Source: Ignavibacteriota bacterium (GTDB lineage Bacteria; Bacteroidota; Ignavibacteria; Palsa-1295). Taken from it: a stretch of DNA of 64,000 bases. The notes beneath the pieces were generated by a model, which saw only the letters and a list, made by a program, of their open reading frames with translations, had not been told where the DNA came from and made no database searches. Positions 43,975-54,202 of the stretch are shown one piece after another; the first letter of the stretch is position 1, and every line of letters begins with the position of its first letter. The stretch covers positions 89,321 through 153,320 of the forward strand of contig CAVZOL010000001.1 in assembly GCA_963776895.1 (NCBI GenBank). The letters run 5' to 3'. The position numbers were made by a program, and so were the translations under genes.

Positions 43975-46242
43975 ATGAACTACGAAATCGAATACGGTCG
44001 CGGCAAAAAGATAAGCTTCGACATAGGCCGCTTTGCAAAACAATCCAACGGGTCGGTGATGGTCCGTCTGGGAGATACGATGGCGCTGGTCGCTGCTGTC
44101 GCTGCTGAAAAACCGAAAGAGGGAATCGACTTCATGCCCCTGCAAGTCGAGTTCCGGGAACGGGCAGCAGCAGCCGGGAAAATTCCCGGCGGCTATTTCA
44201 AGCGCGAAGGCCGCCCGACGGAGAAGGAAATTCTCTCGGCTCGTCTGATCGACCGTCCTATTCGCCCAATGTTTCCCGAAGGCTGGCGGGTGGAGACGCA
44301 AGTCGTAGCCACGATTTTCAGTTCCGATCAGGAGCATGACGCCGATACGATCTCTGCAACCGGTGCGTCGCTTGCCCTTTTGCTGTCGGATATACCATTC
44401 GAAGAAGCCGTAGCCGAGGTTCGCGTTTCGAGGGTTAATGGCGAGATCATTATCGATCCCACTTTTTCGGAACTCGAAACGGCCGATTACGAATTTGTTG
44501 TTGCCGGCACGAAGGACTCGATCCTGATGGTCGAAGGCGAATGCCACGAGATCAGTGAAGCAGATTTTCTGGATGCGTTGCGTAATGCGGCAAGCGCCGT
44601 TCGGGAACTGTGCATCGGTCAGGAGAAGATCGTTGCCGAAAGCGGCATTGCGAAGAAGAAGCGCGTTCAGGAACCGAAAGTTATCGACGCCGCACTCGTT
44701 GCGCAAATCGTGGAGCATTCCGCCGCGAAATTACGTGAACTTGCACGTACCGTTCTTGCAAAGGAAGAACGGCACGATCAGACCAAGGCGGCATACGAGG
44801 CAGCGCATGTGGCGATCACGGAAAAAGTAGGCGGCGAAGAGCAATTCAAGCTTATTGAAGCCGATGTTGACCATATTTTGCATGACATCGAAAAGCGCGA
44901 AATGCGCGAGATGATCCTGGAGAATAATGTTCGGTTGGATGGACGTAATACGACGACGATCCGTCCCATTGCCTGTGAAGTAGCAGTGCTTCCTCGTGTA
45001 CATGGTTCCAGTTTGTTTACGCGTGGTGAAACACAATCGCTCGCAAGCTGTACGCTCGGCACCAAGCGCGATGAGCAATCCATAGAAGGGTTGCAACCGG
45101 AATCCACGAAGCGGTTCATGCTGCATTACAATTTCCCATCGTATTCCGTTGGTGAGGTTGGCCGCTATTCGGGAACCGGCCGCCGCGAGATCGGTCATGG
45201 AAATTTAGCGGAACGCGCACTCAAAGGGCTTCTTCCAGCCGAAGCAGATTTTCCATATACACTTCGCATCGTCAGTGAAATATTGGAATCGAATGGTTCC
45301 TCTTCGATGGCAAGCGTTTGCGCGGGTTCCCTTGCTATGTTCGATGCCGGCGTTCCGCTGAAGAAGCCGGTGAGCGGTATCGCCATGGGCCTTATCAAAG
45401 AAGGCGATCGCGTGGCTATCCTTTCCGATATTTTGGGCAATGAAGATCATCTCGGCGATATGGATTTCAAGGTCTGCGGCACACGCGATGGAATCACCGC
45501 TTGCCAAATGGATATGAAGATCAAGGGTATTGACTTTGCGCTGCTCGAAAGGGCGCTGATGCAAGCTCGTGACGGACGTATGCATATCCTCGGCAAGATG
45601 GATGAAGCGCTTGCCGCGCCGAAATCAGAACTTTCTAAATATGCTCCACGCCTTACGACTGTTAAGGTTCCTGTTGATGCCATCGGACTGGTCATTGGGC
45701 CTGGTGGCAAGACCATTCGTCAGATCCAGGCGGATGCCGGGGTCGAGATCAATATCGAAGAGGATGGAACGGTTACCATTGCCGCGCTTTCAGGCGAAGC
45801 AAGTGATCGCGCCAAGCAATTTATTCTCGGACTTGTTGCAGAACCGGAAGAAGGCGCGACGTACACAGGCCGTGTTACGCAGGTACGCGAAGGTTTGGGA
45901 GCGATTGTTGAGTTCCTACCGAAGAAAGAAGGTTTACTCCACATTTCGGAGATCGATTACCAGCGCGTGGAGAACGTTTCGGATGTCATTCAGGTCGGTG
46001 ATGTATTCGATGTGAAGCTTATTGCCGTCAAGCCGGATGGGAAGTTCTCGCTCTCGCGTAAAGCGCTATTGCCGGTTCCAGAGGGCTACGAAGAGCGCCC
46101 ACGCCGCGAATACGGCGGCGATCGCGATGGCGACCGTGGCGGCGATCGTCGCGGCGGAGATCGCCGTGGTGGTGGGGATCGCAGAGGCGGCGGAGATCGC
46201 CGCGGTGGCGGTGGTTATGGCGGTGGGGATCGAAGGAGATAA
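43975..46242 (+). CDS. pnp: Polyribonucleotide nucleotidyltransferase (PNPase) with C-terminal GDRR/RGG-repeat tail
   Basis: 755 aa with two RNase PH domains, KH (VIGPGGKTIRQIQ) and S1 (GRVTQVREGLGAIVEF). Ends GGDRDGDRGGDRRGGDRRGGGDRRGGGDRRGGGGYGGGDRRR. Confidence 0.95.
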   Translation: MNYEIEYGRGKKISFDIGRFAKQSNGSVMVRLGDTMALVAAVAAEKPKEGIDFMPLQVEFRERAAAAGKIPGGYFKREGRPTEKEILSARLIDRPIRPMFPEGWRVETQVVATIFSSDQEHDADTISATGASLALLLSDIPFEEAVAEVRVSRVNGEIIIDPTFSELETADYEFVVAGTKDSILMVEGECHEISEADFLDALRNAASAVRELCIGQEKIVAESGIAKKKRVQEPKVIDAALVAQIVEHSAAKLRELARTVLAKEERHDQTKAAYEAAHVAITEKVGGEEQFKLIEADVDHILHDIEKREMREMILENNVRLDGRNTTTIRPIACEVAVLPRVHGSSLFTRGETQSLASCTLGTKRDEQSIEGLQPESTKRFMLHYNFPSYSVGEVGRYSGTGRREIGHGNLAERALKGLLPAEADFPYTLRIVSEILESNGSSSMASVCAGSLAMFDAGVPLKKPVSGIAMGLIKEGDRVAILSDILGNEDHLGDMDFKVCGTRDGITACQMDMKIKGIDFALLERALMQARDGRMHILGKMDEALAAPKSELSKYAPRLTTVKVPVDAIGLVIGPGGKTIRQIQADAGVEINIEEDGTVTIAALSGEASDRAKQFILGLVAEPEEGATYTGRVTQVREGLGAIVEFLPKKEGLLHISEIDYQRVENVSDVIQVGDVFDVKLIAVKPDGKFSLSRKALLPVPEGYEERPRREYGGDRDGDRGGDRRGGDRRGGGDRRGGGDRRGGGGYGGGDRRR

Positions 46243-46282
46243 GGCTACAGAATTTGAGCCTTTTCTAAAAGAGGAGGCTCTT

Positions 46283-46768
46283 TTATTTTATCCCTACCCA
46301 AACATCCACCACCGCATTCTGCGGATCGGCGGCGCGCTCATCATAAATTTCAAAATCAGCGAGGAACGCTCGTTCCCCGCCCATTTCGGATGCTGTTGTT
46401 GACCAGATCATCTGCCATGTTTCCGGCACAACTTTCCAAACTGGGCCGCTTTCAGAAGTGAAGATCGCATAACGGGCAGATGGAACTTGTTTTGCGACCA
46501 TTCCCTCTGGAATTGAATCAATGGAAGTTACATTTGCGCCAATCAGAAAGGTGTATTCGCCATTGGCATCCGATTCGTAATCGGTGTACATTGCAATCAC
46601 GCTCGTATCGGCGCGATTTGGAATTTGCTCAATAATACCACCAGCCATTACGCGCTCCCATTGGTCAGCAATAACGCCTTCGCCGGACATTTCCTTCGCA
46701 TTCGTAGTACGCGCAGCAATGCCGATAAATGAAAATCCCGGATGATCGACTAATTTTGGAATAGGCAT
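46283..46768 (-). CDS. GyrI-like small-molecule-binding domain protein
   Basis: FSFIGIAARTTN...QWERV...YAIFTSESG...ADFEIYDER is the GyrI-like pattern. Confidence 0.6.
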   Translation of the reverse strand: MPIPKLVDHPGFSFIGIAARTTNAKEMSGEGVIADQWERVMAGGIIEQIPNRADTSVIAMYTDYESDANGEYTFLIGANVTSIDSIPEGMVAKQVPSARYAIFTSESGPVWKVVPETWQMIWSTTASEMGGERAFLADFEIYDERAADPQNAVVDVWVGIK

Positions 46769-46788
46769 ATTATATCGTTATTTGGCTA

Positions 46789-47523
46789 TTACTCCTCATG
46801 AACTATATCGGCATAGACGGCCGCTGCGCCAATAATGAGGGTATATAAATGTGGATTTGACTCGACAAGCTCTCTGGCTTCGGAATCAAATTCACACAGA
46901 GAAGTAAGATCTGAAATCTCTATTCGGCGAGATGTTGATAGGGAACCAAGATCGAGAGCAAGAAAATGATCGAGATCGGAGCCGCTCAATAGGATTTCCA
47001 GGGCATGAAAATCTGGGAAGATACGCTCGCGTTCTTCGATGCTCAGATCGAGGAATTCTTTCAAGGAATGCGGGCTGGCTCCGGCATGAAATTCCAATCC
47101 TGCATTGTGAACAAATAGAATCCCGCCGTTATCTGCCTGAAGAATTGCCGAGTTTATACTGCCCGTTGCCCGAAGTATTTTTTCCAATGCGGCTAACGCA
47201 GGGATGGATGGACGTGTAGAAGTAATGAGTTGCATGAGCACAAGTCCATCTAAAGTTCCTGGCGTCACGCGACCATCTATTCTTTGCTGTAATGGTTTAG
47301 GGACATGTATCTCGGCTTCTTCCGCTAATTCATCAGGAGTTAATGATTCGGGCGCGCGGTAAAAAATATCGCGTGTAGGATCGAAACTTTGTATGGATAC
47401 ATTCAGCGGGGCATCGGCATGGCCGATTGCCGTTAGCATCTTTCCGTTCGTCTCGAATGTAAGAGAAACATCTATTTCTTGCGGCGATATTTCCGTACTA
47501 TTTTGGCCGATCTTAAATTGCAT
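46789..47523 (-). CDS. Hypothetical protein (244 aa)
   Basis: Intact ORF in a minus-strand operon. No recognisable motif. Confidence 0.45.
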   Translation of the reverse strand: MQFKIGQNSTEISPQEIDVSLTFETNGKMLTAIGHADAPLNVSIQSFDPTRDIFYRAPESLTPDELAEEAEIHVPKPLQQRIDGRVTPGTLDGLVLMQLITSTRPSIPALAALEKILRATGSINSAILQADNGGILFVHNAGLEFHAGASPHSLKEFLDLSIEERERIFPDFHALEILLSGSDLDHFLALDLGSLSTSRRIEISDLTSLCEFDSEARELVESNPHLYTLIIGAAAVYADIVHEE

Positions 47524-47529
47524 AGTCGT

Positions 47530-48267
47530 TTAAAATCTCCAGACAAAATTTGCTACCGGCACAAGCAATGGAAGCGTAAAAAACATAAATCCGAAATCGG
47601 AAGAAAAATTTTGGCTTTCGAGACGAAGCGCGCCAAGCAGTGCAAATGCTGTTGGTTCCGTGAGATCGTGGCTCCAGGCTTCGGCGACGAAACGCACGTT
47701 TTTATTTCCTGTTAACGGTGTGTCGAATCCGAGGCCAGCACCAAGTCCGCCGGTATAATTGAAGGTGAATGCGCCATACGGTACCACATCGACTGTGACG
47801 AGCGTCGAATTCGAGCTCGGAGGCCCTCCCAGAGTAGAAGTGTTCGAATAAACTTTATAGAACAAGAGGCCGGTGAAGCGAGTCTGACTGGGCAATTCAT
47901 AGGTCAGTGAGCCGAAGAGATGCAGCAAGGTATTATCCGTCGTGAGCCACAGGCAATTTGCGCCGGTGGCAACCGATAAACTCTGATCGTCGTAAAGCGT
48001 GAACTTGCCCTGTAAATACCCGAACTGCGAATGAACAGAAACGGTGGGTAAAACGGTAAAGCCTCCGCTAAGTGAAAAAACATCGCCAAATCCATATCCT
48101 CCCGTCAGAAATGCAAGTTCCCAAAATCCGAAATAGCCCCCTTCGATCGGCTTGCCGGTGGGCATAATAAAATGCCGGTATCCATCGACGACGGAATCGT
48201 CTTGAGCCATGGATCGAACGGGGGTGAAGAGTGCGAGAAGCGAAAGAATCAAGAAAAGTCGTCTCAT
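47530..48267 (-). CDS. Putative outer-membrane beta-barrel protein
   Basis: Signal peptide (LFTPVRSMAQD), alternating Gly/aromatic beta-strand pattern, C-terminal ...FVWRF. Confidence 0.55.
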   Translation of the reverse strand: MRRLFLILSLLALFTPVRSMAQDDSVVDGYRHFIMPTGKPIEGGYFGFWELAFLTGGYGFGDVFSLSGGFTVLPTVSVHSQFGYLQGKFTLYDDQSLSVATGANCLWLTTDNTLLHLFGSLTYELPSQTRFTGLLFYKVYSNTSTLGGPPSSNSTLVTVDVVPYGAFTFNYTGGLGAGLGFDTPLTGNKNVRFVAEAWSHDLTEPTAFALLGALRLESQNFSSDFGFMFFTLPLLVPVANFVWRF

Positions 48268-48342
48268 AACATGAAAAATTATAACGATTGACGAACGAAG
48301 TTAATGCTTATGAGTGAAAGTTTCCGAAGATTTGAAATATCA

Positions 48343-50592
48343 TTACAGCATTCCGAGCCGTTTGCGAATGAACCACTCGGAACCAAAGCATACGATAGCC
48401 AATGCAAGAAGCGGCCAGCTATTCCAAAGCTCATAGTCACGAGTATTAATGATCTCCCGAGGTTGAAAACGCGGATTTGCATAAATATCTTTCAACAGAT
48501 TTGCAGCAGTTTCCGGTGTGTAAAATTTACCGCCAGTCCGTTCAGCTAAGGCGCGCAAAATATCGCTTCGCATTCGGGGTTCGGAAAGTTCGATATTGAA
48601 ATCCCCAACATTAAATCTGCCATCATCCTTACCAAGTTCAGTACCATTCAGAGATGCCGTTCCAACATAACTGTAATCTCCTTTCGGAAGTCCCTGAGGT
48701 ATGGTTGCTGTGAAACGCCCGTTGCCGACCGCTTCGAGCGAAAGATCCAGAGGTTTTGGCAGAGCGCCCCCGGTGATATGAACGGTAACATCCGCCTGTT
48801 CGACGGGTTCCATGCTTTCGTTATACACTTGTCCCAGAAAATCAATACGTTCACCCGCCTGATAGAATTTTCGATTTGGCACTATCTGTACCCGTTTATT
48901 CTCTTCTTGAGTTGTAAGCCAACGGACAGCATTTGCTAAAAAAAGATCGAGTGCGCTTATGCCAAGTTTCGAAGAATCTGTTGTTCCCGCATACGCAGCT
49001 TCACGACCGAATGTGGTGAGTTTCCATTGCCAAATCCCGTATCCGGTAAGCGCGATCTGCCGCGCCGTGCCGATGGAGCGAGTAATGAGTAGCGGCTCAT
49101 TCATTTTTACTCCTTGTACTATTGTAGTAGCAAGTGTCCGGCTTTCTGGTAACGCCTCAAAATGCGTTTCTGTCTTAAATAGAGGAGCGAGACCATCCCA
49201 GCTTACTGCACCTTGTTCCTCTGGCGGAATATGGAGTATCGGATCCTCGGCTCCCGATGGAGTAAGAGCCAGACTGGCCTTCATCTCTACCTGAGAGGCG
49301 GTTCGAGAATCGGCACGAAATGGCATTGCATCGCCAAGCTCCGCAAGTTTTGTGAGGTCGAGCTGGCGGGATGGAATAAATAGCAGGGATCGGCCTTCAC
49401 GCGTCAAAAGTTCACGTACGAGCGCAATGGATTCTTCCGAAGTGGATGCAATTGGAAATCCTGACAACATGACAAGATCGACTTGTCCCAATTTTTCACG
49501 CGTTGGGGTTCCTTCATAAAAGGCGGCGCCTTCTTTCTGAATATACGTGGATAGTTGCAGCGCCGGGGTTGCTGCAAAAAATTGCTGCAAAAAACCCACA
49601 TCACTCGATGGCGCGCCGGCAAACAGCACAATATGGAATTTATTCTTGAGTACCTTCACATACGTGATACGAAGATTATTTTTATCCGTTGCTTCGCCTG
49701 CCAAAACGGAGACTCGTGCTGTCAGCTTTTTCGTTCCTTCCGACCTGGGAGTGTATTGGAAGCTGACATCCTCATCGCCAGTCTGTTGTGAAAGTTCAAT
49801 TGTTTTTTCGTCTAATTTTTGATCTTCTTCGAACAGTTGAATTGTCAGATGCTCTCCGGGCTTTATGCCGCCATAATGCAGTGTAACATCTACGGGCTGT
49901 GCGGCGCCAACCGTAGCGACTTCATTTGTAAAAAGCTCTGTCACAGCTACGTCACGCGGTTCGGTCGAATCGCCTAATCCCACCGCGTAAACAGGCACTC
50001 CAAGTTCTTGTGCTGGATAGATCGGGTTTTCACCGGCAGTAAATGCACCATCGGTATAGAGGACGATGGCTTCGGTGTTAGATGTTTTTCGCACGTCGCG
50101 TATGGAACGAAATGCGCTTGAAAGGTCGGTGGCTCCAGATTCAGGACGAATGCTATCGACCGGTGTTCGGTTCGGAAAAGGGATTGTCTGATCGCCAACA
50201 GTGAATAATTTAATTCTGTCCTGGTCGCGAAGAATATCTTTAGAAAATGTTTGATGGATGCTGCGAACCATTGCTTCGCTGCGTGTCTCAGTGCCGGGTT
50301 GCATCGAAAATCCCTTTTCCGGAAGCGTCATGGACTGCGAATTATCCATAACCAGAGCGATGGATGGAGTGATCGTATCGGTGCTGATCGAACTAACAAT
50401 TGGCTGGAAGATCGCAAAAAGCAAGGCGGCAATTCCCATCGAACGCAAAGCGATGAGTGTGTTCCTTCGCGAGCGTGTTGTTCGCGGAATCGTGTTCCGG
50501 TAGGACCAGATGGCCAGCAGTATGCTCGCAAGAAGAATTCCGGCGTAAAGCCAGAAAGAACCTGCGGCTAGATCGAGAGAAATTCTGAGCAA
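48343..50592 (-). CDS. Membrane protein with N-terminal double-TM (BatA-type) region, vWA-like domain and C-terminal TM anchor
   Basis: 749 aa with TTG start. N-terminus LYAGILLASILLAIWSYRN...RRNTLIALRSMGIAALLFAIFQP. vWA-like IALVMDNSQSM. C-terminal TM WPLLALAIVCFGSEWFIRKR. Confidence 0.6.
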   Translation of the reverse strand: MLRISLDLAAGSFWLYAGILLASILLAIWSYRNTIPRTTRSRRNTLIALRSMGIAALLFAIFQPIVSSISTDTITPSIALVMDNSQSMTLPEKGFSMQPGTETRSEAMVRSIHQTFSKDILRDQDRIKLFTVGDQTIPFPNRTPVDSIRPESGATDLSSAFRSIRDVRKTSNTEAIVLYTDGAFTAGENPIYPAQELGVPVYAVGLGDSTEPRDVAVTELFTNEVATVGAAQPVDVTLHYGGIKPGEHLTIQLFEEDQKLDEKTIELSQQTGDEDVSFQYTPRSEGTKKLTARVSVLAGEATDKNNLRITYVKVLKNKFHIVLFAGAPSSDVGFLQQFFAATPALQLSTYIQKEGAAFYEGTPTREKLGQVDLVMLSGFPIASTSEESIALVRELLTREGRSLLFIPSRQLDLTKLAELGDAMPFRADSRTASQVEMKASLALTPSGAEDPILHIPPEEQGAVSWDGLAPLFKTETHFEALPESRTLATTIVQGVKMNEPLLITRSIGTARQIALTGYGIWQWKLTTFGREAAYAGTTDSSKLGISALDLFLANAVRWLTTQEENKRVQIVPNRKFYQAGERIDFLGQVYNESMEPVEQADVTVHITGGALPKPLDLSLEAVGNGRFTATIPQGLPKGDYSYVGTASLNGTELGKDDGRFNVGDFNIELSEPRMRSDILRALAERTGGKFYTPETAANLLKDIYANPRFQPREIINTRDYELWNSWPLLALAIVCFGSEWFIRKRLGML

Positions 50593-50725
50593 GTAGTGGA
50601 TTTTGGAGTAGTGGATAGTTGAAAAACGGATAGTGGATAACAGAGAATCGAATGACAGATGGTGCGCATTAGGATGAGTAGCCGATTTACTATCCGTTAT
50701 CCACTATTTCACTATCCACTATTTA
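50592..50725. repeat. Inverted array of GTGGATA-type heptamers (hairpin-forming intergenic element)
   Basis: agtagtggattttggagtagtggatagt...acggatagtggataa // ttactatccgttatccactatttcactatccactat. Confidence 0.6.
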
Positions 50726-51309
50726 AGGAGCCATTCAAGCTTTTTCGAACGGAGTATTTCGGGCGAAAGTTGCGGCGTGTCATACATTCCTCGCTCTTTT
50801 CGCTGACGAAATGCTTCGAACAGGCAAACTGCTGATGCCACTGAGACATTCAAACTCTCTGCCATGCCCATCATAGGAATGTATATTTGTTCGTCTGTTA
50901 ACGCTGCAACTTCGTTGGAAATGCCACGATGCTCATTGCCTAAAACGAATGCCGTAGGCAGTGTAAAATCATGGTCGTAAAGCGGGGTAGCGTTTGGATC
51001 GAGCCGCGTAGCAAGAATATGGAACCCATCGGAATGTAACTGTGAAAAACATGATTGTGCCGAATTATGCCGAATGAGTTCCACCCACTTGTGTGCGCCA
51101 CTCGATGCCGTGTTGGCTGTTTCCGGAAATTCTTCGATGGTATAAAGCAAGTGAACATGTAGAATGCCCACTGCATCGCATGAGCGAAGAATAGCACTTA
51201 CATTATGTGGGTCGTGGATGTTTTCGAGTACGACCGTTAGAGTTGGTTGGCGGTGTATGAGCGCCTTTTCTATCTTTGCTCTGCGCTCCGGTGATTTAAA
51301 TTCATCCAT
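50719..51309 (-). CDS. trmH: SpoU/TrmH-family RNA 2'-O-methyltransferase
   Basis: LTVVLENIHDPHNVSAILRSCDAVG...FVLGNEHRGIS...IPMMGMAESLNVSVASAV. Confidence 0.85.
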   Translation of the reverse strand: MDEFKSPERRAKIEKALIHRQPTLTVVLENIHDPHNVSAILRSCDAVGILHVHLLYTIEEFPETANTASSGAHKWVELIRHNSAQSCFSQLHSDGFHILATRLDPNATPLYDHDFTLPTAFVLGNEHRGISNEVAALTDEQIYIPMMGMAESLNVSVASAVCLFEAFRQRKERGMYDTPQLSPEILRSKKLEWLLK

Positions 51310-51311
51310 TG

Positions 51312-52127
51312 CTAAAGGCGGTCAAGAAAATTAGCGAGTGCCGAGGCCCACTCCTTTGGCTTTTCTACTGCGGAAAGATGTCCAGCATCCTTTATTTCTA
51401 TGAAGGAGGAATTCGTAAGTTCACTTGCCATCTTTCGCATACTTGTGCTTCGTGTCACGCGGTCGCGGTCGCTTCCAATAATGAGAGAAGGAATGAGTAT
51501 TTTGGGAAGCAAGACGCGTGAATCGCGCCGATTAGCCATTGTTTTGAGGGCTGTGGCTATGGCAGTAGGATTTGCTTCGAGCATCCATCTTCGAATATCT
51601 CTTGCGATTTCAGGATCGGTCGTTTCTGTTACGAAATTTGAATAGAGCCGTTCAACAGCTACTTCTGCTCCTCGCTGAAGTGCTTCCTCGGCAAACGCAG
51701 CACGGTTTAGCTTTTCTTTATCCGTGTCTGCTTCAGCACGCGTATTTGAAAGCACGAAGGCACGAACAAGATCAGAATTCACACGGTAAAATTCTAATGC
51801 TGCATAGCCTCCCATACTTAGCCCGGCAATAACAACCGGTTTGCGTGTATGATGTTCTATTATAGTCCGGAGTTCAAGACCGAAGGAAGAGAAATCCCAT
51901 TGCAGACGTCGAGTTGATTCTCCGAAGCCCGGGAAATCTATAAGCAACAAGCCAGTATCATCACGGAGCGATTGAAGATTCCGCGCCATCCGTAGCCACA
52001 TTTCGCTGGAAAACGGAAATGCATGTAACAACACGACAACCTGTTTAGACGCCTTCGTTGCCGGAAGAAACCGCGAGTTGAGGATGATGGAAGGATTATT
52101 GAAATTAAGAATGGGTTGACCACTCAT
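51312..52127 (-). CDS. Alpha/beta hydrolase
   Basis: VVLLHAFPFSSEMW, nucleophile elbow GLSMGG, ...DAGHLS. Confidence 0.75.
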   Translation of the reverse strand: MSGQPILNFNNPSIILNSRFLPATKASKQVVVLLHAFPFSSEMWLRMARNLQSLRDDTGLLLIDFPGFGESTRRLQWDFSSFGLELRTIIEHHTRKPVVIAGLSMGGYAALEFYRVNSDLVRAFVLSNTRAEADTDKEKLNRAAFAEEALQRGAEVAVERLYSNFVTETTDPEIARDIRRWMLEANPTAIATALKTMANRRDSRVLLPKILIPSLIIGSDRDRVTRSTSMRKMASELTNSSFIEIKDAGHLSAVEKPKEWASALANFLDRL

Positions 52128-52169
52128 AATTGACTCCTTCGATTAAAAGTTAGCCACTGTATTTCGTGT

Positions 52170-52808
52170 TTAGCTCCCGAATTGCGTACTAACGATCGTC
52201 AGCTCACTTGGGTAACGAATAGAGCCGATCGGTGTGGACATCGTGGGTTGAGCTTTGAGTTGCACTTGAGAAACGCCACCATTCCCCGAAAGCGCGAGTG
52301 CAAGTTTCACCAATTGGTCATAGCCCTGGTTGACAAAAAATTGTTTGAGATCGACCGTTACGGCCAGCGGAATGATAGTTGTTGTGCCACCCGGTGGGAC
52401 ACCGACGGGAGCGCCGATGTCGCCTGAGATGGTTGTTTGTCCGTTCAATAGCAGCCGCCAGGGAAAATCGGTTACTTTAAATGCGCTGAGCATCGCAGAT
52501 TGAGACGGCGGATTCGGATTTTTCGCTGCTACATCGAGAATAAACGTGAGCGGGAATTTTCCCGATCCGAACGCGCTTGCGAGATTAATGCCATCCATGA
52601 CGCTAAAATCTGAGGCGCTGTGCTTATTCGTAAGATCGATACCGCATAGCCGTACCTGCTGCACATCGTTCAATTTGAATTGAATTCTCGAAAGATTGGT
52701 AAGGGCATTTAGCGTTGCACACGAATTAAGGTTTGCCGAGAGTACGCCCGCTCCAATAAGCAGTGCAGCAATGGCGCCAACGAGTCGGGGTTGTTTGAAA
52801 AATTTCAT
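52170..52808 (-). CDS. LEA14/WHy-like (LEA_2) domain lipoprotein
   Basis: Start at MKFFKQPRLVGAIAALLIGAGVLSANLNSC (lipobox). The LEA_2 assignment from the beta-sandwich-like repeat pattern is tentative. Confidence 0.45.
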   Translation of the reverse strand: MKFFKQPRLVGAIAALLIGAGVLSANLNSCATLNALTNLSRIQFKLNDVQQVRLCGIDLTNKHSASDFSVMDGINLASAFGSGKFPLTFILDVAAKNPNPPSQSAMLSAFKVTDFPWRLLLNGQTTISGDIGAPVGVPPGGTTTIIPLAVTVDLKQFFVNQGYDQLVKLALALSGNGGVSQVQLKAQPTMSTPIGSIRYPSELTIVSTQFGS

Positions 52809-52897
52809 AGATGAATTAGGGTGGATTAAATGGCAACAGAGAATGTCCAGAACGGCAAAAAGATTCACGAAATAAAAACCATAATTACTCTTGAACC

Positions 52898-54202
52898 TTA
52901 GCTTGACATCGAGCGCAAGAATTCTTTGTTGGTCTTCGTTCCCCTCATTCGATCGAGCAGGAATTCCATTGCATCGACGGGCTGCATGTCAGCAAGGAGT
53001 TTACGCAGGATCCATGCACGGTTAAGGTCCTCTGCGCTGAGCAGCAACTCTTCATGTCGCGTTCCGGAAGCATTCACGTTGATGGCAGGAAAAATTCGGC
53101 GATCGGAAAGTTTGCGATCTAATTGAATTTCCATATTTCCAGTGCCTTTGAATTCCTCGAAGATAACTTCGTCCATGCGTGAGCCTGTTTCGACAAGCGC
53201 CGTTGCAATAATGGTGAGCGATCCGCCTTCTTCGATATTGCGGGCAGCACCAAAGAATCGTTTTGGACGATGTAGCGCCAAGGCATCGACACCCCCGGAT
53301 AATATCTTACCAGAATGGGGAATAACAGTATTATGAGCACGAGCAAGGCGTGTGATGGAGTCCAGCAGGATTATTACATCGAGTTTAGATTCGGTCAGTC
53401 GTTTCGCTTTTTCAATGGCCATTTCAGCTACTTGGACATGCCGCTCGGCAGGTTCATCGAATGTCGAGGCCACGACTTCCGCCTTGACCGAACGCTCCAT
53501 ATCGGTCACTTCTTCCGGGCGTTCGTCGATCAGGAGTACGATCAGCTTTGCGTCGGGGTGATTACGAGCGATAGAGTTTGCTATTTTTTGCAGGATGACT
53601 GTTTTTCCAGATTTTGGCGGCGAAACTATCAACCCACGCTGTCCAAATCCGATTGGGCAGATGATATCCATGATGCGCATGCTGTACTCGCCGGGGGATG
53701 TTTCGAGCAACATATGCCTATTCGGGTAGAGGGGCGTCAGATTATCGAAGAGTGCGCGATCTCGCGCCATTTCTACTGGCAGATAATTAAGCTTATCTAC
53801 TTTGGAGAGGGCGAAAAAACGCTCACCGGGTTTTGGTGGGCGGACGGTTCCTTCGATCGTATCGCCGGTTCGAAGTTTTAATTTTTGAACTTGAGACGGA
53901 GAAACATAAACGTCGTCTGGTGAGGGAAGATAGTTATAGTCCGGTGAGCGGAGGAATCCGTATCCGTCGGCGTGCAATTCGAGCGTTCCAGAAGTGGGAG
54001 CGCTCGATTCTTCTTCGACGACTTTTCCATTTGTTGTCGGAGCCGCAGTTGCTTGCAGCTTGGATGCATCGGATTCGAGAATGCGAAAGATGAGTTCCTG
54101 CTTTCGCATATCCGCGTAGCCTTCGATGCCAAGGTTTTTTGCAAGATCGTTCAATTCGACGATCTTTTTTGTTTTTAGTTCTGCTGCGCTAAGTAGTGCC
54201 AT
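52898..54202 (-). CDS. rho: Transcription termination factor Rho
   Basis: Start at [28 protein letters not shown] (Rho_N). RNA-binding domain ([14 protein letters not shown]). Walker [26 protein letters not shown]. Confidence 0.95.
   Translation of the reverse strand: MALLSAAELKTKKIVELNDLAKNLGIEGYADMRKQELIFRILESDASKLQATAAPTTNGKVVEEESSAPTSGTLELHADGYGFLRSPDYNYLPSPDDVYVSPSQVQKLKLRTGDTIEGTVRPPKPGERFFALSKVDKLNYLPVEMARDRALFDNLTPLYPNRHMLLETSPGEYSMRIMDIICPIGFGQRGLIVSPPKSGKTVILQKIANSIARNHPDAKLIVLLIDERPEEVTDMERSVKAEVVASTFDEPAERHVQVAEMAIEKAKRLTESKLDVIILLDSITRLARAHNTVIPHSGKILSGGVDALALHRPKRFFGAARNIEEGGSLTIIATALVETGSRMDEVIFEEFKGTGNMEIQLDRKLSDRRIFPAINVNASGTRHEELLLSAEDLNRAWILRKLLADMQPVDAMEFLLDRMRGTKTNKEFLRSMSS

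Noticed and set aside
43960-44718. Long antisense or shadow ORFs opposite real genes: 43960-44718 (pnp), 12420-13145 and 12744-13121 (ntrC-like), 30523-31557 (CCP1), 37510-38178 (YHYH), 40966-41769 (BNR3), 19591-20205 (glxA-like), 26990-27634 (gltD-like), 13187-13783 and 13808-14365.
   Set aside because: Each lies opposite an ORF with strong family motifs and has no motifs of its own. Long open antisense frames of this kind are common opposite real coding regions.
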